A DNA stretch of 43,253 nucleotides from NCBI GenBank assembly GCA_009602735.1, contig WELA01001736.1:153422-196674 (forward strand), in the 5' to 3' direction. The stretch is from Mesotaenium endlicherianum. Its lineage: Eukaryota. This document shows positions 36,401-43,253 of the stretch, piece after piece; the stretch's first letter is position 1, and each line of letters opens with the position of its first letter. The notes below the pieces were generated by a model that saw nothing but the letters and a program-made list of their open reading frames with translations, did no database searches and was not told where the DNA came from. The position numbers and the translations under genes are program-made.

Positions 36401-37924
36401 TGTCGCAACTGCTATCCACTTGACGGTGCCGCATGCGCAGCGCAAGTCACGGCCGCCGAGGTACGGGAAGTCAGCATCGACTCACCGACCAGAGGACCGA
36501 GTCAGCGGTCATGTTGAAGTCGTTGTCAATGTCAAAGTGGTCACGACACGTCACACCACACCCAGGACGAGATGGGGATGTGGACCGAGTGGTCAACCGA
36601 AAGGCTAGGGGCATGGAACCAGCAATGAGCCAGCCCAGCGAGTGCCAAGAAAGGTATTGATCAATCGGCTATCCAAGCCAAGTACAGCAGGGATGTTGCA
36701 AAGGGCGTTGTGTGCCGCCTCGGCTAGGCCCTCAGGTGACTGGTCACGGCCAAAGCGTTCATCCTAAACGCTGCCAGCCAGCCACATAGGCGTGATTGTC
36801 AGCTGGAAGGCTAAGTGGTCACGCGCAACAATCCCAATGCATGCATGCATGTTGAATGACAGCTTCAAAGCTATGTGAGAGCTGCCGGGTAAGGACGGCA
36901 TGCAAGCTAAGCGCTGTGACTAAGCAATGGTATTCTCGAAAGAGGACAGTGTGTGGTGCTTGTGAAAGGCACGAGTCCTGCTTGAAGCTGCCTCATTCTT
37001 GCTCGCATTGTTGTCAAAGGAAGCTGAAGAAGCAGAAGGAGTGCAAAGAAGAAGGAGTTCCCAAAGCCATAGATAGGCCGAGGTGCCACGCTTCTGCCGA
37101 CGCTGGAAGATTTCTTCTTAAGTGTATCATAAAAAGGTTAGGCCTCAGGAGTTCCCAAGAGAAGATCTCATTGGTAGAAAGTAGAGAGCTGCTGAATAGA
37201 ATTTGTTAGAAGATTAGTGCAGATTGAGGTCAAACGCCGCAAACGTGCGAGGGTCACTTAAAATGGTGAGTGCTGTGTTAGTCTCCAAGTTCTCAAAAGT
37301 CTCTATTGCCGAATTGCTGATAGCAAGAGTAGTATTAACAAGTAAAGCTCTCAGTGAAGAACTGAGTGAGCCCAGCCAAGCAATGAAGAGCTGTTAAGGC
37401 GCGGTGTTGAGCGAAGAGCTCAGACCAGGCCAGTATAGATGTGCAGTTCAGAGTTTTGTAAGCTGTGACTCGTGGAAGTTAAGCGAAAGCCTCGAAGGGC
37501 GATTTTCTATGAACTTGACATTGCCTGTTAAGCTGCTTAGACGTGATTTCTGCAAACTACAATTTTGTTCATTATGTAAACCCCCAACTTGAGCGAAAGC
37601 CTGTGTGGAAGTAAGACGCTTCTGTCCTACTTGTAAGGGAAACTAAAGATAAGCTATCCTTTCGAAATTTTTTGCTAAGTGTTGAATGAGGAACTTGTTG
37701 AACATGGGAAGCACTGAGTGTGGGATGCCGCACCGCGTGATGCAAGTGCAGGATGACCAGGAATGGGTCAAACCCCAACCAGTCTGTCACCGACACACGT
37801 GCAAGGGACGATCAACCCGGTCGATCCCCACGGGCAGCGACGCACCGACACGTCAACCAAGTTGAAGGCACACGAGCTGAGAAGCCACGCACGCGCCAGG
37901 GGTCCGACGCTGTTAGGCACGACA
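36401..37924. mobile_element. Putative ~1.5 kb LTR (element E) inserted into the RT of D
   Basis: RT similarity stops exactly at TGTCG (36401) and a matching CGACA ends at 37924. The interior is non-coding with a TATA-like CATAAAAAGG at about 37128. No TSD was found. Confidence 0.55.
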
Positions 37925-38183
37925 GTATGCGTCGGCCCTTGTTAGGAAGTATTTCAAGCTGAAAAGCGGAAGGCAGCAGGCAAAAATAAGAGGGACCAAG
38001 TTTTTGGCGTCGTTGGGCACTTTGTTTCGTGATGCTGGGTCAGTTAAAAGTGTGGTTATGGCAGATTTTGGAAACCAGTTGCAAACGAAAGAAAAAATGG
38101 AGTGTCAGGTGGGGTCTCGCGCGAATTCGTGTGGCACGTCATTTGTACGTGTAAGGCCTACGTGGACGCCATTTACATGCGCG

Positions 38184-38266
38184 AGGGGTAGTTTTGTAAT
38201 TAGTTTGAAAACAGGGTTAGATTTTGTAATTATGAAAGTTAGGAGGGGTAGTTTTGTAGTTCACCC
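38184..38266. mobile_element. Orphan terminal inverted repeat of a Mutator-like DNA transposon (putative)
   Basis: Three internal repeats of GGG(G/T)TAG(A)TTTTGTA ending TTCACCC. The reverse complement GGGTGAACTACAAAACTACCCC resembles plant MULE termini. No partner TIR was seen in the window. Confidence 0.45.
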
Positions 38267-38493
38267 AGAACTGTAAGACACATGGCTAATAAGAAACAAA
38301 CGTCTTGCATATATGATTCAGGACAACTTTAACTAATCAAATCAACTGAAATATGCAGATTGGATTCTGGTTGTAGTCTTCAATTTTCATCGTCCTGTCA
38401 GGTGATTACGATAAAGAGGATTCCTCCCCAGCTCTGTTTTGCCGATTCGAGCAGATTCGGGAGGTACTGAGCCGAGAGTCGAGAGTCGAGACT

Positions 38494-38805
38494 CGTGAGT
38501 CGTGAGCCAGGCCCCTCGATTCGATAAATTGAGGATTTCGGATACATCCTCTGGCCGACGGTCAGGGTTTCGGACAGTCACGGAAAACACCCGACAAATT
38601 TCGGAGAATTTATCGAGCATAATGACATCCCGTGGCGTTTTTCACATAGAAATTGAAAAGTTGGGGCTTTTGTACGACATCCACTTAAAATCACAAAATT
38701 ATAATTACGACATCCTTTTGTTTTTTAAGTCGGGCTTTATCACATCCAAAATAGCAATTTAACACCCAAAAAGTTGTGAACCGAGGGGTCTGCTCGTGAC
38801 TCGCG
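38494..38805. mobile_element. MITE-like element with ~30-bp imperfect terminal inverted repeats
   Basis: Left CGTGAGTCGTGAGCCAGGCCCCTCGATTC versus reverse complement of right CGCGAGTCACGAGCAGACCCCTCGGTTC; AT-rich non-coding interior. Confidence 0.55.
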
Positions 38806-41800
38806 CGTCGACGGAAAATCGATAATCTGGAGCAATTTGTAATGATGCAATTTGCAAGATTCGAGAAATTCTCTAGCATTTGGGGAAAAACACGTTCCTG
38901 GACCAGCCTAGACTCAGGAGTCAGGTCAACTGCTGAACTATCACACGTGCAAATATGATGCATCTGTGTCGCATGATGTTCGCTTACACTGTCTAGTGTA
39001 CACTATACAGGTAGAAGTCCGCTGTTGTGATTTCTCATATCTTGCAGTGAGATGCAAATGGTACTGAGCACTTTTCGTTGTTTGTTGAGTATGCCTCGCG
39101 GTTACAGTTCTGGATGGTTCTGGACATCCCTGACGTTCTGAACTTTGAAGGTAAATAAGCCCCCCCCTTTTTTTCTTCATCATATTCATTGTGAGTTGGT
39201 GTAGAAAGTTCCAATATTCTCAAGTATAGCTCCCACGCGGTGCCCATGATGGCATGACATATGCACTCGAAGCCTGTTGTGCTGTAAATGGGCCCTGTGC
39301 TCACCGAACTTCGACCATCACTTCGTTCCATGCAGGTCTCCGAGGGCCGGGGCCCGAGGTTCCTGATCGCTTTGTAATATAGCTGCTAAAAGCCATTTGC
39401 GGTTAAGTATATTCATCTTGGAATCGGCCAATGTCGGCCTGTTTGTAGCGACCTTTCGGCTTTTTTCGAACTCTAGCGCATCCGGGCTGCACCTGCATAA
39501 CGGGCAGTCACGGATGGGCTGTTTGGGACGGTTTGCATCGGTTTGCATTATGCTCCATCATGCTCCAGCTGGCCCTTACATGTGTCGCGATTGTCTCGAT
39601 GACTCCTGCTTGTGCCCGCATGATGTAAATATCGATTACGCGTCATTACGCGTTTCTCGGTATTCTAGTTTTGTCACTTGTAGAAGAACGTAGGGACTTT
39701 CAACTAGCCACCGTGAGCCACCGCGTCCGGTGGGCACTCCGCAGAAACCCGTTCCTGAATACTTTCCTGAATCCTGCCCCGACTCGTCCTTTCCAGTGCC
39801 CAGTGCTGGTCATGCAGTGCCCACCACTGCCCACTGCCCGGTCCTTCCACCTTATTGTTATGGTTCTCAATTTGTTTAATCGAATTTGGAGGTCAGATGT
39901 CTTCACCGGTCATCCAGGTCGATGTGCGACGGGTTGATGCACTTCAATGCTAAGGAAAGGTTCCGCTAAGGCAGCAAGGGACTCACGACGACCCATGAGT
40001 GCCTGGTGCCTGTCAAGCTGGCGCTGGCAGTGAACAGCGTCTGTTCTGGTCTATCATCCGCTATCATCAGTCATAGAGACGAATGCAACAGCAGCGGTCA
40101 ATCATCATCAAACCCGATCAAACCCGCGTTGCAGGAATGATAACTTTGCACCTTTGTATTTTTACGGCGTTCGAATGCATGCGGATAGGTGGTGTACTTT
40201 CGTTATGTGAATTGTAGGGGAAGATACAAGGTAGATTTTAGATTTGGATCAAGTGGCGGTCTTCTCTATGGTCTAAAAATTACTAGAACTATATCAGCTT
40301 GTAGTAGCTCAATATTCTTCGTGATAAGTGGAACAGCACCGTCGTTCAGCTTGTTTTAGAATATGAGCCTCGAGAGACTAGAGTGGTTGGGCTGATCATG
40401 GTCTTTCGGAGATGAGCTCGACTGTCAGCGGCGTGCTATTGTGTTGATGGGACGAGGCCCTACGGGCACAAGGAAAAGCACTGCAGGACTTAAGATAAGT
40501 GCGGCCAGTGCCAAGCCCCTGCAAACGCAGAAAGTGGCGTGGAAGAACAAGGCTCTGCCCAGCATCCTCTGTGCCTGGAGCCTCATGGTACATTCTCCTG
40601 CTTGCCTGCTGCATCTCCTCACATCACACCTCTGAGGGAAGCTTACGCCTAGCATGCAATGAGCCCCTGCAAGCACGTGGGCCTCCCTCACGCTTCTCTC
40701 ATTTCATGCCTCCCAAGTGTCAAGTTTAAGAATGAAATAACCGTTGGCCCTTGTCAGCGTGCTATCAGATCTGAAAATACTCAGTGCACGACTGCACGGC
40801 AATTCTGAGGTGGTCCTTCCTTCCAGCCCTCCCCGGTACCGGGACTTGCTTCACTTGACTCAGTGACCAACACTAATAAATACATGTCATAGCGTTACAG
40901 GTCCGGGGTGGTCCCTCCTTCTAGCTGACTGCAGGTGAAAATGCAGGAATATCTGGGGTTTGATTCTACTACTACATTTTGGTCTTCGGGCGAAAAAGAG
41001 GGGGGGNNNAGGGGGGAGGGGGGAGGTGGGGGGAGGTGACATTGTTCAGTAGGCACAAGAATGTCTATGTGTTATGTGGGGGGGTGAAGGCTCATAGTGG
41101 CCCCAGGAGCTCAGTATTCTATGACCCCCAAAGACTTGAGTTGACCTAGTCAAAGCAGCATGTAGCTCCAGCTAAGGGACTGAGTCAACGCAGAGAGGGC
41201 CTCTTGGGCCCCTTGGGCAGCCCCTGAGTCGCACGAGATTTCCCTCCTGCCAGATTCCCCCAGGATACTCATGGTGGCCGCTCGCAAGCTGGTTTCCCCC
41301 ATGGGTTGTCCTCTGAGGTCTTGCCCAGCCCGGGAAACATTTGGGACCCCCCCTTACGCTCCTTGCCCAAAAGAAAATATTGAAATATAAAAAATAAACT
41401 TCCCTCTGCTGGCCCAAGGGAGGGACGTGCTCTTGAGTCTCGAGGGGGCGGGCCCTCGGATGAGGGGACTTCCTCCCTCCCGCCATGGATGCTCTTGGGC
41501 TCAAGATTGTATCTCTTTCTGCTTTCTTTTCCCGCTTTTTTAATGGTTCGGTCAGAATGCACGCCGCTCAGCCAGACTGGCTAAAAGAACCTACTGCAAA
41601 CTGGCGAAAATGGGCGCCAAACAGTCTTGGAAAAACATTCTTCCAGATCATTTGTATGTATGGGTGGGTGTCAAATGGAAGAGCATCGGCGTGAAGGTCT
41701 CAACCCGAGTAGTTTGTGCTTGGACCTTCAGCTAAGGCATGCAAACAGGGCACGCTAAGTGTGTCCTGGTTGGGTGTAGCCCACCCCTCCAAAGAGGTTT

Positions 41801-42442
41801 TGAGCGTGAGGCTCATGCCCCCCCCCCCCCAAAAAAAGAGCCTGCAACGGTGCCGATGCTTCCCCCCCCTATTATCCACCACGCCCGAATCCTTCCTCTG
41901 AGCTCCCTCCCTCTCTCTATATAGGTGTGTGTGTGTGTGTGCGCGCGTGGGTGTGTGTGTGTGTGCTTTCACCGACTGGCCCGGGGAGCGCCAGCTCGCC
42001 AGTGTGGGTGCAACGCTTTGTGCACTCTTGTGTCCTCATGCGTGCCTTGTATGATTTCATTATACTTACGCACGGCCACGTGTCATATGAGTCAATGCGG
42101 TCGTACACGGCCGCTTGCTTCTGTGGCACGACCAATGAGCATCCTGGTAGATCTGCCGTTTGTGCTCTTGTAATTGTCGGAGGCATCGGCTCACGAGTGA
42201 GTAGCTGGGGCTTACCAGCGGGCATCTTCCCATGGAGCACACTAATTTCTGACGTTTGTGTCGCAGGCGTTCCCGTTCTTGTGGACGTGAAGTGCAATCA
42301 GGAGCCAACTTCAGCCCAGTCCCCAGCCAGTTGTCGCTCTTCTGCGCTCTCTCCCTCTCCCTCCCTCCCATATTGTGTGCTGTTTTGTGATTGTCTCTCT
42401 CTCTCTGTGTGTGCGCGTATGTCTGTGCGCACGCGCATGTGC

Positions 42443-42487
<45 letters not shown>

Positions 42488-42520
42488 CGCGTGGCACGTG
42501 CGTATGTTTACTCCTGGCAG

Positions 42521-42670
42521 GGCAAGATTGTGGTCAGCACGACGTGCGTTTTGGCGAGCCTGCTCCTGCTCAACTTCGTCCGGCTTGCGCCAGCTGGCGC
42601 CGCCCAGCCCCTGCTGTACACGTACAGGATCGTGAAGGCCTACCCCCACGACCCCACCTCCTTCACGCAG
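42521..42670 (+). CDS. QCT: Glutaminyl-peptide cyclotransferase (plant/bacterial beta-propeller type QC), one exon; gene continues beyond the window
   Basis: AG/GT-bounded 150-nt phase-0 exon: GKIVVSTTCVLASLLLLNFVRLAPAGAAQPLLYTYRIVKAYPHDPTSFTQ. This is a hydrophobic signal/anchor plus the family N-terminal signature YxxVxxxPHDxxxFTQ(GL). A possible first exon at 41610-41657 is speculative. Confidence 0.8.
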
Positions 42671-43253
42671 GTCCTCCTCCCCCCCTCCCCCCTCTCCCCC
42701 CCTGTTTACCCCATTCTCCTGGGTGCCCTCTCTATTGGTTTGTTGGGGTCCGATGGGGCCACAGAGACAGGGGGGAAGTGGGGATAAGAGGGAGGCGTTC
42801 ATGAAAAGGAGCTCCCTGTTCCCTTCTTCCCCTCCCCCCCCCCCCCCCCCNNNNNNNNNNNNNNNNNNNNNNNNNNCCCCCCCCCCCCCCTTCCTTTCCG
42901 GCCTTTCTCCTCCTGCGTCTCCCCCTTCGCTTCTCTGCCCTCTCCTTCCCTCGTCTTCCCTTCCCTCCCGTTACCTCCCCTCCCTTCCCATCCCAGTTCC
43001 ATGTTCCTCCTCCTCCTCTTCGCTGCTCGCTCTGCGCAGCCCACTAACGCCCGTCCAGAAGTGGGAGGTGGGAGCAGCAGTAGTGACAGAAAAACTTTTG
43101 CATCCCACGAGGGAGTCTGAAATGCTGCTGTCACATCCCGGTGTTGTTAGTGCATATCGCGTGCGCGCGCATGAGCTCTTGGCTGGCGGCGACAAGCTCG
43201 CCCCATGATGTCATCTTGTGGAACTCGGGGCAACTGCAAACAGTATTGGGGGG

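Noticed and set aside
41190..41470. Patchy inverted similarity suggesting a MITE
   Set aside because: Matches are short and GC-rich, with no definable termini or TSD.

Overview
Eukaryotic, GC-rich, microsatellite-rich draft assembly with many N gaps; a green-lineage genome, probably a streptophyte alga (inferred from the cpSRP54 sequence, not proven). From left to right: (1) the last 10 coding exons of chloroplast SRP54 (+); (2) a convergent F-box/LRR-type gene whose coding region has no introns (-); (3) a degenerate glutaminyl cyclase (QC) exon and an internally deleted second copy of the cpSRP54 3' end, which look like the junction of an old tandem duplication; (4) a ~22 kb nest of at least five LTR-retrotransposon families (A-E), including one Ty3/gypsy copy inserted into a sibling copy with a 5-bp TSD; (5) two DNA-transposon remnants; (6) an intact exon of a plant-type QC gene. 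Most notable observations: host introns with C-rich 5' ends and G-rich 3' ends that lack a polypyrimidine tract; a retrovirus-style A_AAA_AAC plus hairpin -1 frameshift signal between gag and pol; a variant tRNA-iMet primer-binding site shared by three families; a cpSRP54 carrying both the SRP-RNA-binding motifs and the cpSRP43-binding tail; and an unexpectedly conserved duplicate of the tail exon. No tRNA, rRNA or CRISPR array was recognised. All calls were made by eye, without database searches.
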